Below, one piece after another: positions 45,901 to 60,381 of a stretch of DNA of 64,000 bases. The notes under the pieces were generated by a model that was not told the origin of the DNA, did not search any database, and saw only the letters and a list, made by a program, of their open reading frames with translations. Both the position numbers and the translations under genes were made by a program. The stretch is from Mytilus edulis (Eukaryota), in the NCBI RefSeq assembly GCF_963676685.1, contig NC_092350.1, positions 12,896,001-12,960,000 on the forward strand, read 5' to 3'. Every line of letters begins with the position of its first letter. The first letter of the stretch is position 1.

Positions 45901-48900
45901 CTAATTTGTCTTAAAACAATTCTAAAGTTTATAGCCATTTTTTTAGATTGACTTCTGATTTATGTTATACAGAAAAAAACATCTTGCGAGTCTTCAATAC
46001 ATTAGCTTATACAAGCTTTCAAATGCATTAAGTAATTAGTACATTTTGCCCCTTTATTTTTTTATTCACAGAACTATGACAGATAAAAAAATTATTGTAT
46101 GGTTTGGAAGTTTGCAGAGTTTATCGTATGAAAAGCAGTTAGATGTTCTATTGGAAATACGAAACACTATGCAAGGTACTTGAGGCGAAGAAGAAATGTA
46201 TTGCTGAACTTGACCATTCGTCAGTCTTTCCTTTTTTCTGTCAATCTTAACTTCCATTCGGCTGTCCGTCCAGCATATGACATCAAATCTTTGAATCAAG
46301 GAGCATTTAGGGTAAACTGTAGTTCAATGAGACCCCAAAATAGCGACAAAATTAATCAAAAGACATGCATATTGCAACATGCAACAATCAACAATAGACA
46401 ATGTATCGTACATTATGTCAAGTGCATCACCATTAGGAATACAAAAAATAAAAATAAATTCATAACTATGAACACCAATTCTCTACTTATTAAAAATTAC
46501 GATATAACATGATAAAACAATCGGACTTAGTGGCAGGCGCATGCGTGTTGATACATCTCAATACCTACCTTTACTATATCGACCAATGGACTGACACAAT
46601 GTCTGTCAAAGATTCTCATACTGAAATGTACAGAGCCATGTTGTTCTCATACATGTACAGATTCGTGGTTTATTAAGTCAAGCGCTGGATATGTAAAGTC
46701 TAGCGCTGTAGATTTAAAAGCAAGCGCTGAATGTGTAAAGCCAAGCTTTAAAGTATATATCCGGTTCTGTACTTTTATTACATATACACGTTGATATAGA
46801 TTTGAATTTTTATTTTCTAACACAGGGCTGAAACCTGCTAAACATTTGATCGTCAGAAGGTTTTAATACACTTATTTAATATGTTGCCAGGCTTTGTTCT
46901 TTCATCAAGTCATGCTGGGGATCAAACTTGTGAATTACAATACGCATATTTAAATATCACACTAAACACATAATAATTTAAGATAACAACACCAAAGATG
47001 CATGAAATTTTATTGTACAGAAAGTCAGATAGTACGTCGATGTCGTTTCTTCTCGCTCTACACAACACAACAATAACCCCCGTATATGTTTTTATTGGTT
47101 CTACATGTAAATAAAAACAATATTTGTTTCACTTAAGGTTTCTTTATTATGGCTGTACTATTTGTTTTATTTATGAAGAAATAATTTAATTTTGGATGTA
47201 CGCGTCTTCTGATTGGCTGACGTTGTTATGTTTATCAGCTCATAGACATAATTTTGTCATGTGACTTTGACGTCATCAATGGTTTTTCATGAATTCCTCC
47301 GGTTTAAAATGAAATTTAGATTTAAATTATAAGATCTGACTGTAATTCTTTTTTTTCTGTCTATTTGAAATAACATAAAAAATGTGGTGCACACTTTAAA
47401 ATAACCCACTACGAGGGTTATTCATTGTGCATCGCATTTTTTATGTTATTTCTTCATAGACAGAAAAAAGTAATATTAAATATGTGGTGCACACTAAATA
47501 ACCCGAGTAGCGGGGTAATTAAAAGTATGCATCACATTTTAAGGTTATTTCGAATAGACAAAAACACATTACAGTCATTTGTCATAATTTATTTCTATAT
47601 TCCAGTTGTAAGGAGTAAATTTTGAAAAAGACGATGGTTACGTCACGGTCAAATGACAAAATTATGTCTATGATCTGATAGACAAAACACATTTAGCCAA
47701 TCAGAAGACGTGTTACATCCAAAGTTAAATTATTTACCTATAATTCACATATTTCTTTTTTTATTCAATTGCAGTACTTATGGTGTCTTAAATGATTTTA
47801 ATTAATACTTGGTATCTTGTTGCAGTGGATGACAAATTGGTGATTACATTTGATGTGACAGATGCATCTCGTAAAGATATTATAGAGCTATCTTACCTAG
47901 ATCCTGAAGGTAAATATTAGTCCTCATGCGTTTGATACTACAACCATCTCATAAAACGTAATATACAATTATGATAAGTAGTTACTACTGTAATCACTAG
48001 CCAATCAACACTGAGGTTGCGAGTTCGAACCCCGCTCGAGCGGGTGCACTCCACTCCAATCTTTATTGACTAGGATTGTCAGTTTTCCTATCGAAGGTCG
48101 GTGGTTTTCTCCGGGCACTCCGGCTTCCTCCACCAATAAAAACAAGCAGCCACGAAATAGCCTAAATGCGGTGGTTAAAGGGGCGTTAAAATACCAACAA
48201 TAATAAATCAGTAATGATTAATACAAAACAAAGTCAAAATCTCTAATTTTTATTTTCTACAAAACATTTTGAATGTCATATTTATATCGATAGATATAGG
48301 AAGATGTGGTATGAGTGCCAATGAGACAACTCTCTATCCAAATAACAGTTTATAAAAAGTAAACCATCATAGGTCAATGTATGGCCTTCAACACGGAGCC
48401 TTGGCTCACACCGAACAACAAGCTATAAAGGGCCCCAAAATTACTAGTGTAAAACCATTCAAACGGGAAAACCAACGGTCTAATCTATATAAAAAAAAGC
48501 GAGAAAGGTACAGTTTGTTGTTCATATATTTTAAACTTTGTAAAAAAATATACTAGCATTTTCATATCATACTGGTTCGTTAAATATCTTCATGTTTTAC
48601 TGACATCACTCCCTAGACTAGTTTATAATGACACCATACTCGAATTATAGAATATACGATTGTCTATGACATCATGTAAAGACATACTGGAATATACGAT
48701 TGTCTATGACATCATGTAAGGACATACTGGAATATACGATTGTCTATGACATCATGTAAGGACATACTGGAATATACGATTGTCTATGACATCATGTAAG
48801 GACATACTGGAATATACGATTGTCTATGACATCATGTAAGGACATACTGGAATATACGATTGTCTATGACATCATGTAAGGACATACTGGAATATACGAT

Positions 48901-51900
48901 TGTCTATGACATCATGTAAGGACATACTGGAATATACGATCGTCTATGACATCATGTAAAGACATACTGGAATAAACGATCGTCTATGACATCATGTAAG
49001 GACATACTGTATATACGATTGTCTATGACATCATGTAAGGACATACTGTATATACGATTGTCTATGACATCATGTAAGGACATACTGGAATATACGATTG
49101 TCTATGACATCATGTAAGGACATACTGGAATATACGATTGTTTATGACATCATGTAAGGACATACTGTATATACGATTGTCTATGACATCATGTAAGGAC
49201 ATACTGGAATGTACGATTGTCTATGACATCATGTAAGGACATACTGTATATACGATTGTCTTTGCCATCATGTAAGGACATACTGTATATACGATTGTCT
49301 ACGACATCATGTAAGAACATACTGGAATATACGATTGTCTATGGCATCATGTAAGGACATACTGGAACATACGATTGTCTATGACATCATGTAAGGACAT
49401 ACTGGAACATACGATTGTCTATGACATCATGTAAGGACATACTGTAATATACCATTGTCTATGACATCATGTAAGGACAAACTGGAATATACGATTGTCT
49501 ATGACATCATGTAAGGACATACTGAAATATACGATTGTCTATGACATCATGTAAGGACATACTGTAATATACGATTGTCTTTGACATCATGTAAGGACAT
49601 ACTGGAATATACGATTGTCTATGACATCATGTAAGGACATACTGGAATATACGATTGTCTTTGACATCATGTAAGGACATACTGGATTATACGATTGTCT
49701 ATGACATCATGTAAGGACATACTGGAATATACGATTGTCTATGACATCATGTAAGGACATACTGGAATATACGATTGTCTATGACATCATGTAAGGACAT
49801 ACTGGAATATACGATTGTCCTTGACATCATGTAAGGACATACTGAAATATACGATTGTCTATGACATCATGTAAGGACATACTGTAATATACGATTGTCT
49901 TTGACATCATGTAAGGACATACTGGAATATACGATTGTCTATGACATCATGTAAGGACATACTGGAATATACGATTGTCTTTGACATCATGTAAGGACAT
50001 ACTGGATTATACGATTGTCTATGACATCATGTAAGGACATACTGGACTATACGATTGTCTATTACATCATGTAAGGACATACTGTAATATACGATTGTCT
50101 TTGACATCATGTAAGGACATTCTGGAATATACGATTGTCTATGACATCATGTAAGGACATACTGGAATATACGATTGTCTTTGACATCATGTAAGGACAT
50201 ACTGGAATATACGATTGTCTATGACATCATGTAAGGACATACTGTAATATACGATTGTCTTTGACATCATGTAAGGACATACTGGAATATATGATTGTCT
50301 ATGACATCATGTAAGGACATACTGGAATATACGATTGTCTTTGACATCATGTAAGGACATACTGGATTATACGATTGTCTATGACATCATGTAAGGACAT
50401 ACTGGAATATACGATTGTCTATTATATCATGTAAGGACATACTGGAATATACGATTGTCTTTGACATCATGTAAGGACATTCTGGAATATACGATTGTCT
50501 ATGACATCATGTAAGGACATACTGGAATATACGATTGTCTTTGACATCATGTAAGGACATACTGGATTATACGATTGTCTATGACATCAGGTTAGGACAT
50601 ACTGGAATATACGATTGTCTATGACATCATGTAAGGACATACTGGAATATACGATTGTCTATGACATCATGTAAGGACATACTGGAATATACGATTGTCT
50701 TTGACATCATGTAAGGACATACTGGAATATACGATTGTCTATTACATCATGAATGGACATACTGTAATATACGATTGTCTTTGACATCATGTAAGGACAT
50801 ACTGGATTATACGATTGTCTATGACATCATGTAAGGACATACTGGAATATTCGATTGTCTATTACATCATGTAAGGACATACTGTAATATACGATTGTCT
50901 TTGACATCATGTAAGGACATAATGGAATATACGATTGTCTATGACATCATGTAAGGACATAATGGAATATACGATTGTCTTTGAAATCATGTAAGGACAT
51001 ACTGGATTATACGATTGTCTATGACATCATGTAAGGACATACTGGAATATACGATTGTCTATGACATCATGTAAGGACATACTGGAATATACGATTGTCT
51101 ATGCCATCATGTAAGGACATACTGGAATATACGATTGTCTATGACATCATGTAAGGACATACTGGAATATACGATTGTCTTTGACATCATGTAAGGACAT
51201 ACTGGATTATACGATTGTCTATGAAATCATGTAAGGACATACTGGAATATACGATTGTCTATTACATCATGTAAGGACATACTGTAATATACGATTGTCT
51301 TTGACATCATGTAAGGACATACTGGAATATACGATTGTCTATGACATCATGTAAGGACATACTGGAATATACGATTGTCTTTGACATCATGTAAGGACAT
51401 ACTGGATTATACGATTGTCTATGACATCATGTAAGGACATACTGGAATATACGATTGTCTATGACATCATGTAAGGACATACTGAAATATACGATTGTCT
51501 ATGACATCATGTAAGGACATACTGGAATATACGATTGTCTTTGACATCATGTAAGGACATATTGGAATATACGATTGTCTATTACATCATGTAAGGACAT
51601 ACTGTAATATACGATTGTCTTTGACATCATGTAAGGACATACTGGAATATACGATTGTCTATGACATCATGTAAGGACATACTGGAATATACGATTGTCT
51701 ATGACATCATGTAAGGACATACTGGAATATACGATTGTCTTTGACATCATGTAAGGACATACTGGAATATACGATTGTCTATGACATCATGTAAGGACAT
51801 ACTGGAATATACGATTGTCTATGCCATCATGTAAGGACATACTGGAATATACGATTGTCTTTGACATCATGTAAGAACATACTGAAATATACGATTGTCT

Positions 51901-53709
51901 ATGACATCATGTAAGGACATACTGGAATGTACGATTGTCTATGACATCATGTAAGGACATACAGGAATATACGATTGTCTATGACATCATGTAAGGACAT
52001 ACTGGAATATACGATTGTCTATGACATTATGTAAGGACATACTGTATATACATTATTGTTTTATTTGAGACGTACTTTAATATTTGTCTTTTATGTATCA
52101 TCGATCAATTGATACAATTTTTTTCTGCAGGTTACAGCGAGAAGTTTTATCTCAATTCCATCCATCGCTTAAATAGGGAAATGAATGGTAATATTGACGT
52201 ATCAAAGTTCGAAATTAAGAACGAATTGGTGGCAAATTCAAAGTCAGATAATTGTAGCTATGTTAATGTTTGGATAGAGGCTATCGAGAATTGTGAAGTT
52301 AACATAGGTTTGTATTAAATAAATACGACTCAATCGGGTGTGCAAGGCTGTACAAGTTTTTTTTAATCAATCGTTTTCAGTATGGCATAACATAGTTTTC
52401 GACATGCTGTTGTCCTTGTTTGAAAGCTTGGACATGTGTCTAGAGTGAACTGTAAATAAAAGAATATTACCGTTATTGATAAGTGTGTTTTGAATGATTG
52501 CAATGGAAGGATATGTGGTATGCTTGCCAATGAGACAATATCTCCCGTCCAAAAAAAGATCACCCAGACATGATGGAATATAAAACAAGAACCCCATACA
52601 AACCTGTTTTAATCTTATATACTGTGTTCTGGAAAGACCACGCTTTTGAAGGGAATACGTTTTTATTTTACGAATCGGTGCAACAACGGAGAGATGTTTT
52701 TCCTTGATTTAAAGATTTTAAGTTGAATTGTACAGTAACGTGTTAATCAAAGTTGCTACTAGAAACTGTATTAGGCAAACAATGTCAATGGCTACACTGT
52801 TTTCTTTTTATATCGCAAATTAGGCCAAACAATATAAGAATTGAAAGATAGTTAAAACAGTTTGACATCGTTCGTTATTGCATCAAGAATTAAACAGTCC
52901 AGAGTTTGAATAACAATTGTTTAACAAGCCAACAAGAAATGTATGCCAAATCATTAACATCTTATAATTGAGCTCATTTTGTTTTTTAACGCGAAGTTTT
53001 GCAGGTCCGGTTTTTATGACATAGATAGGTCTATAATATTGAGGCAATTTTGTTTTCTGTGCGAAATTTTCTAATGTTTTATAAAATAAGAAGATATTAT
53101 GAAATAGTTCTAGTTCATTGAACTAAAAAACATGAAATCATAATAATTATTTATCTAATAACAGCCGTATACTATATAATGTTTGTATATTTGTAACAAT
53201 TATTTAAAATACATTTTGAAAGAGAAGATTAATTGTACTATGATAGCAGTTTGAGGAACAAGGACAACTTAAATTTCCCTCACTCATTTGAATATTTATG
53301 TTGAGATAAAAAAAAAATGTGGCATGATTGCCAATGCAATGAGACAACTCTCCACAAGAGACAAAAATGACACAGAAATTAACAACTATAGGTCACCGTG
53401 CGGCCTTAAACAATATGCTAAGCCCAAACCGCATAGTCAGCTATGAAAGGCCCCGAAATAACAATGTAAAACAATTCAAACAAAAAAACTAACGGCCTTA
53501 TTGAGTTCATTTTATTATATATTATAGGAAAATTAGATTTAACCAGGAAAATTCTAAAAGGAGAAAGATTATACCTGAACGAAGAGGGAGGGATCAGCTC
53601 CAAACATACTATTGCACAATTCGAATATCTCTTGAATAAAGCGTCACTGGGAATGGAGAAATACTGGACGAATGAACATGTGGGAGTGGTATTAGTGAAC
53701 CGGCAATAA
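39998..53709 (+). CDS. EgtD-like (Methyltransf_33) SAM-dependent amino-acid N-methyltransferase, 320 aa, 7 exons (39998-40171, 44656-44794, 45406-45508, 46072-46175, 47826-47909, 52131-52307, 53528-53709)
   Basis: All GT-AG, phases compatible, 963 nt open. GLSANPMFIPAWYRYDEEGSRL, VVDLGSGNATKTMLILD, YVPVDIS, SYLDPEG...FYLNSIHRLNRE and GERLYLNE...ISSK parallel EgtD. Confidence 0.92.
40191..40742. mobile_element. MITE-like element (Kolobok-like ends) in intron 1
   Basis: TTAA|GGTGGCTCGGG...CCCGAGCCACC|TTTA. Confidence 0.6.
40980..42075 (-). mobile_element. Degenerate non-LTR retrotransposon (CR1/L2-group) ORF2 3' fragment
   Basis: LYLTFIRPLLEYACELW, GWETLAERRERRK, CSCGAKCEDSRHFFFYCP; frameshifted. 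Confidence 0.85.
42114..43557 (+). mobile_element. Decayed Tc1/mariner element
   Basis: 26-bp perfect TIR CACATGGAAAAAAGTATTGCAACACC with TA flanks; remnants DVKDRPRS (~42535) and WPDRSPDSNHTEHIWD (~43035). Confidence 0.88.
47181..47735. mobile_element. Palindromic MITE-like element
   Basis: ATAATTTAATTTTGGATGTA...TCTTCTGATTGGCT is inverted at AGCCAATCAGAAGA...TACATCCAAAGTTAAATTAT. Confidence 0.75.
48000..48210 (+). mobile_element. tRNA-derived SINE (V/Meta-like core), 5'-truncated
   Basis: B-box GAGTTCGAACC followed by GGTTTTCTCCGGGCACTCCGGCTTCCTCCACC. Confidence 0.7.
48650..52050. repeat. 40-bp satellite, ~85 copies (GGAATATACGATTGTCTATGACATCATGTAAGGACATACT), in intron 5 of the EgtD-like gene
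   Basis: Seen directly; head-to-tail with point variants. Confidence 0.98.
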
Positions 53710-54227
53710 AAAAAAATGTATATTAGATTACATAACTTGTTTCTTGTGTTTTTACTCTTTGTTCCCCAATGCAATCAATAAACAGCACATCAGTTACAAT
53801 AAATGATTACACAAACCTTAAAGGTCAACTATACGACGCAGGTCGGCAAAAATAGTTCAATCTCAACCGGTTGTGGTTGTTTTTTCGTCTCTCTGTTTGT
53901 TTATATACAACTTTTTTCTTCTTGAAAATTTGTTCTAGTTGGGAGTCAGTTTTTTCTATATTGTTTTTTTTTCTTTTTCGTTCTGTTTCGTTCATTTCAA
54001 TCACTTGGCATCCGTGGTCTGTAAAATTTTGCACACACATCCTTCTCTGAATCTTCAATGCTAGGTGGAACCGATTTTGACCAGAAATGTACAACTGTTT
54101 GGCTTATCAGATTCATAAAGCTTTGTCCTATCACAAAAAGATATGTATATCCGATGTTTTTGTTGTGGGAATTTCACGCTATCTATATATCTATATATCT
54201 ATACGCTAAATCATTTAAATAACTCTA

Positions 54228-55372
54228 TTGAAATATGTAAACACAAAAAATGTCAGCTATAATGGCAGTTTTTTACATACACAAAAAATGTTAGCCAATC
54301 AAGGAAGAAAAGCTGTTTTTGCTTTATGTAGTAAAATTGTAGATGAATATTATAACTGTGAAACGTTACTGTCCTTATTTGATACTTATGTATCTAGTAT
54401 ACTTAATTATAGCTGTGAAGTGTGGGGTAATCATAAAGCTGATGATATAGAGAAAGTACATTTATATTTTTTAAAACGAATTCTAAAGGTTAGAAAAACT
54501 GCAGTAAATAACATGGTTTACTGTGAATTGGGACGTTATCCAATGTATTATGAAAGACAAAGAAGACTGATTCAGTTTTGGTTTAAATTATTAAATACTG
54601 ATAACTGTATACTTAAAGCATGTTATGAAGATATGTTGGAGAGTTCATTTAAAAAACCCAATGACAAATCGAATTGGGCATGTTCAGTCAAAGATATTTT
54701 ATATAGATATGGTTTTCATGATGTATGGCTAAAACAAAGCGTAAATAATGTTGATATATTCATACATGAGTTAAAACAAAGAATGAAAGATACCTTTATT
54801 GCTGATGCTAATGCTTTTTTTAATAATTCATCAAAATGTATACTTTATAGATATATATATGACACAGATATACTGCAATTTTATTTAGATAGACCTGTTA
54901 ATCAAATATATAAACCTTTTATATGTAAATATCGTATATCCGCCCATAGCCTCAACATAGAAACAGGCAGATATTACAATGTAGATAGAGAAAATAGATT
55001 ATGTACTATGTGCAATAACAATATTGTAGAAGATGAATACCATGTTGTTCTAGAATGTAATAGATATAGTGATGTAAGAAAACTATGATACATTAAGAAA
55101 TATCATTGGCAATATCCATCCACTTTTAAACTTATACAGTTGTTATCAGTTCACAATGTGAAAGAACTTAATAATTTAGGTAAATTTTTGTTTAATATTG
55201 AAAAAAATTCGTAATATGTAGTTGTATTAATTATTTATCATATGAATTTATTTTCATTCTCCGCCATACATATATTGTGTATAATTATTGTATTTATATT
55301 TCACTGATACAAAATATTGTAAAATTGTATATTCTATAAGCTGTATTGCTTCTGAATAAAGTATTATTATTA
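54228..55372 (+). mobile_element. 5'-truncated LINE (CR1/L2-group) 3' end
   Basis: YVSSILNYSCEVWG, YRISAHSLNIETGRY, CTMC...EDEYHVVLEC; ends AATAAAG(TAT)n. Confidence 0.88.
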
Positions 55373-56859
55373 AATATTTTCAAATAGGTCGCATGGCTGA
55401 TTTAAGCACATTTTGGCGACTTTTGTTAGGATAATTGCAGATGAAAAAAATTAATAACAAAACCGATCAGCGAGAGAATATATATATAAAAAATATAAAT
55501 GAAACGCCCGAAATAAGTTGAATCCTTATATGGATAGTTGTCAACATTTGTTATCCAATTTTGCTTTTATGATAATTATTATACCATTCTGATACATGTA
55601 TATAGATAAATTTGAAGTGTTGTCAGCGAAACGAGAATGCCGTTATTCTATGTTTAATTTATGAGTGATTGCAACTCAATGAAGATTTATTGTCCCCTCT
55701 CCTCTTAATTTTGCTGGAAAGAATACAATGTAACCCTTGATGTGGACTATGACAACGTTTTGTGATGTTAAATAATATTAAATGCAAAGAGAAAAATGAT
55801 GGAAGAATTAAATGCTAATTTTTACGCGTAAAAATTCAAATGTAAATAAATATAAAATACATTAAAATCGGAAACTGATTGAGACAACTGAATATAAAAG
55901 ATTATACATCTCCAAATGAAGATGAGTATTTCATTTCTCACTTTATGTCCAGTGGCAAATATGTCATGACGAGACGCAAAGGGGTTCAACCTGAGGTATT
56001 TTATTACAATTCTAGAGTGGCACTTTTTTCAAGGCAGAGAGTTCGCTACAGGTAAAACGTATGCCATAATAGAATAAAGTCGAACCATGCCCGAAGTCGT
56101 AAGTTAACCTATATGCCCTCCTTCTCTCTTTTTACTCCCCAGTAGACGAATGCCAAAAACAAAACGTCTTTAATTTATAATCAATAACGGTCACTATATT
56201 AAAGTAAACGAAATATGGACTTTTTTTGTAAATAAACTCCTATTGCAGCCAACATTTCCTGGTTTGGGCCAGATTAGTATTTACCTCTAAAATACCATTT
56301 GGTTAATGACCGGAGATATTAAATCAACCAAAAGAACCCTGAATCAAAGATTTCTAAAATCGTAAATTATGGTATTTCGCTTGGTGTTTTTTCCAGATTC
56401 TATTTTTGGACGACCTGATTTTAAGAAGGCATATCTAATAAGTCATGCCCGATTAACTTACAGTAAATTGAAACTTAAATTTTAAATATATCGGGTCAAT
56501 AAGTTCGAGTTACAAAAAGTAAACAAAAGAAATCCTTTATAATTCAGATCGTTCTAGGTATCTTAGGATATTATTTTTGCGTTGAAAAACAACACGTTTG
56601 TAGTATATATTATATTACTAAACGTAAATACTTTACGACGTACTATTGTAAGTAATTATGATAATTATTTATCTTCATTACACCATGGACACAATTTATA
56701 TTCGACACTTTTTGTTTTTTGTTATACATCATGTATGTTTTGTATATTTTTTTTCAATTTGTCTTTCAACGCAGATTGATAATCAATGTCTCTGAACCTC
56801 ACAGCATTCGAAGCCTAACAGTTTATAAGTAGTTGCATTTGCTACGGTGCATCTTGGGA

Positions 56860-57190
56860 AAATGGACATTACACCTTTAAACAACAGACACGGTCATCTC
56901 AGAATCTATGACAAACGAAACAATTTTAATTTTAAAATTATCAATTTTCCGCACCTAATGAGCAGTATACATGTACCAACTTCATCTGCATATGGGATAA
57001 ACATTTCCCAACTTATTTGTTATTCAAGAGTTTGCAGCTCTTACTCGGACTATGTAAAACGTCACCAGTGTCTAATCAGAAAGTTGGCGAACAAGGGGCA
57101 TGGTAGAGTTCATCGGAAGAAATCAAGACCTTGTTGATAAATATTGCGAATCAACTTCACAAATCATACACGATGGTCTTGAAGTATAGA
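56860..57190 (+). mobile_element. Penelope-like retroelement remnant
   Basis: YDKRNNFNFKIINFPHL...SAYGINISQLICYSRVCS. Confidence 0.75.
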
Positions 57191-57789
57191 TTCTGGGTAC
57201 TGACGTTGTTTATCATCTTCTATAGTCTTTTATTTGTTTTGATGAATATGAATTTAATTGTTTAGTCAGTTTTGGTGATATACATTGTACATTTGACGTG
57301 GCTATGTACTAATTAATCCCATCATTGTGTTATTGTTCTATGATACAATTTTACGATTCTCGTCTTTCATTTTTTGCTAATTTCCTCTCACTATATATCT
57401 TTTTGTGTTTTTTATTGCATATTAGGTGGCTCTGTTTTTATGTATCCCGTCATTGTGTTATTGGTCTATGGTACAATTTTACGAATCTTCATTTTTGCTA
57501 ATTTGCTCTCACTATTTAACTTTTTGTGGCTTTTTTTTTATTGCATAATACGTGGCTCTGTTTTTATGTATCCCGTCATTGTGTACTTGGTCTATGGTAC
57601 AATTTTTGTATTCTTGTCTTTCATTTTTGGTAATGTGCCTTGGCTTTATACCTCTTTGTGTTTCATGTTACATATGACGTGGCTCTGTACTTATACATCC
57701 CGCCAAAGCGTTACTTTACTATAGTAATCATTAGCATTCTTGTCTTTCATTTATTTGTCTATTATGCCTTTATGTGCTTCTTTGTTACA

Positions 57790-58535
57790 TTTTTAGCTCA
57801 CCTGGCCCAAAGGGCCAAGTGAGCTTTTCTAATCACTTGGCGTCCGTCGTCCGTCGTCGTTAACTTTTACAAAAATCTTCCCCTCTGAAACTACTGGGCC
57901 AAATTTAAACAAAATTGGCCACAATCATCATTTGAGTATCTAGTTAAAAAAATATGTCCGGTGACCCGGCCAACCAACCAAGATGGCCGTCATGGTTAAA
58001 AATAGAACATAGGGGTAAAATGTAGATTTTGGCTTATAACTCTGAAACCAAAGCATTTAGAGCAAATCTGACATGAGGTATATTTTTTTATCAAGTAAAG
58101 ATCTATCTGCCTTGAAATTTTCAGACGAATCGGACAACCGGTTGTTGGGTTGCTGCCACTGAATTGGCAATTTTAAGGAAATTATGCCGTTTTTAGTTAT
58201 TATCTTGAATACTATTATAGATAGAAATAAACTGTAAACAGCAATAATGTTCAGCAAAGTAAGATCTACAAATAAGTCAAACCTGACCAAATGGTCCATA
58301 TTTAAGCAGTTATTGCCCTTTATAGTCATTTTTTACTAATTTTTCGTAAATTTTTGTAATCTTTTACAAAACTCTTCTCCTCTGTAACTACTGGGTCAAA
58401 TTTGACTAAACAAAATCACAATCATTATTTAAGTTTCTAGTTTTAAAAATGTGTCCAGTGACCCGGCCAACCAACCAAGATGGCCACCATCGCTTAAAAT
58501 AGAACATAGGGGAGAAATGTAGATTTTGGCTTATA
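57790..58535. mobile_element. Bivalve pearl/Helentron-associated-type repeat
   Basis: TTTTAGCTCACCTGGCCCAAAGGGCCAAGTGAGC start, CGTC microsatellite, repeated internal block (57875 vs 58370). Confidence 0.65.
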
Positions 58536-60381
58536 TGGGGACAGGAGTTGGGGTACACCCAAAAAACATGTTCAAATCAGCCATATACTTCATGTAACCT
58601 TATCCAGGAACCTGTAAAGAGTTATTGTTGTTGTATAATTTTGATTACTTTTATATGTATTTGTAAATGAAGTTATCATAGATTCAGTACTAATTTTTCT
58701 CCTTTAATTTGTTTCATATTTTTCTTATCCGGGTCTTATACAAATGGCCTAACGATATAGGATTTTTCTTATTGTTGAAGGAAATATGGTAACCTATAAT
58801 TGTTAACTCCCACGATATAAGCTGACTAGATCTTTGGTAAATAAATGTGTCATTAGCAATTAGATCACATCTCATTTTTCTTTAATTTTAAAGAGATTAT
58901 TTATCTTGTTGACTACATTCGAACTGGCCAAAAACAGTATATTAATAATTGTTCAAATATAATATGAATTTACATGAAATATGTTTTGAAACTCTGTTAA
59001 GACAATAGATGTTTACTAGTATACCATTACCTTTCGTTGATAAACTGACTAGAATGTACATGCAATGCATGAAGGTACTTCATTAGTACATGGGGTCTTA
59101 ACGTTTACCCCCCAAAAATAAGGCATTTAGAATCAAAGGAAAAGTACAAATTGCCGATGATAAAGTTTTGTCATACGTCTTCGTTCAGTCTTTTAAAGTT
59201 TATGATATGAATATCCGTTTCATCGGTATTCAACACTATTATCATGAGCTTCAATCCTTCTATTATAGGGGTAGATTGAAGACAGGTTATATAAATTGAA
59301 ACATTTTTATTTCAGTGGCAACCCTACATTCATCAGAGAGATGAAACGCATTTTTTGCCGACTAAAAAATATATCATAGATCGCAGCCGTGTATAATATG
59401 TACACACAAATGCGATTATCTATTAATAATTATCCCTGGGTAAATTGATAAAAAAAAATATTAAACAATGCTTAATATCTATATAATGGTGTACTGATGA
59501 TACTTTAATTTAATAACCAATTTAAAAAAAAAAGAAAATCATCAACAGTTCACTATTCAGTAGTCTTGTGTTTAAAAATTGCAGGGCTGCCAATTTAGCT
59601 TGAGACTCACGCTAATTTATGCTTTTTTCGCGGCATTTTCCTTTGATCTACTGTTTTTTCTCTTTGATCTTTTCAATTTTGGTCAAATCTCACGCATTTG
59701 CTTCATGAAAAGTTGGCATAACTGAAATTGTGAAAACAAAATTAACAACTGTTGTATGGAAAAGGATGAATCCTTTCAATGAGAAAGTTGCAAATGTACA
59801 AGTGTTCAAGATCGTGTGGTCACTTACCGACCGTACCCTTCAATTATGAATGTCACGATTACATTCTTGGGGAATATCTCCGTTGTAACCTATTTTAAAT
59901 ACGTTTCACTCTTACAGCTGTTCAGTGCATCTTTATCTCATCACTTTTCACAATATTAATATACAGTTTCGATATTTAAAAACACCAATATAAACATATC
60001 CTTTAGTAGTCTTCAATCTTGCCGAGGGTTTCAATTAGTCTATCATCTGGGGTGACTTTTAGATTGATGACGCTTAAAAATAACAACTTTTATTTCAGTG
60101 CTAAAACTACATGTTTCTGGCACAGAAACTGCGTCTCATCCAAAACGAATGATCATTGAGACCCTCACTTATATTTCCACGATCATTTTTTCGCCATATA
60201 CCAGTCATTTAATACATGCATGTTATTTAAAATCAATAATCAAACGTCACTAAATATTTTACCTGGGTGCATTTAGTGATATTCTTTATTGATACGATAA
60301 AATAAGTTCACAAATATATAACGTGTACATATATGATTTCTTGTAAACGACATCTACTTTCGGTTTTGTGATACTTCTATA

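Noticed and set aside
48650-52050. CRISPR array or coding repeat
   Set aside because: Head-to-tail monomers without unique spacers and no long ORF.
39998-53709. Complete ergothioneine pathway or bacterial contamination
   Set aside because: No sulfoxide synthase or C-S lyase in the window; the gene has six spliceosomal introns filled with host repeats.
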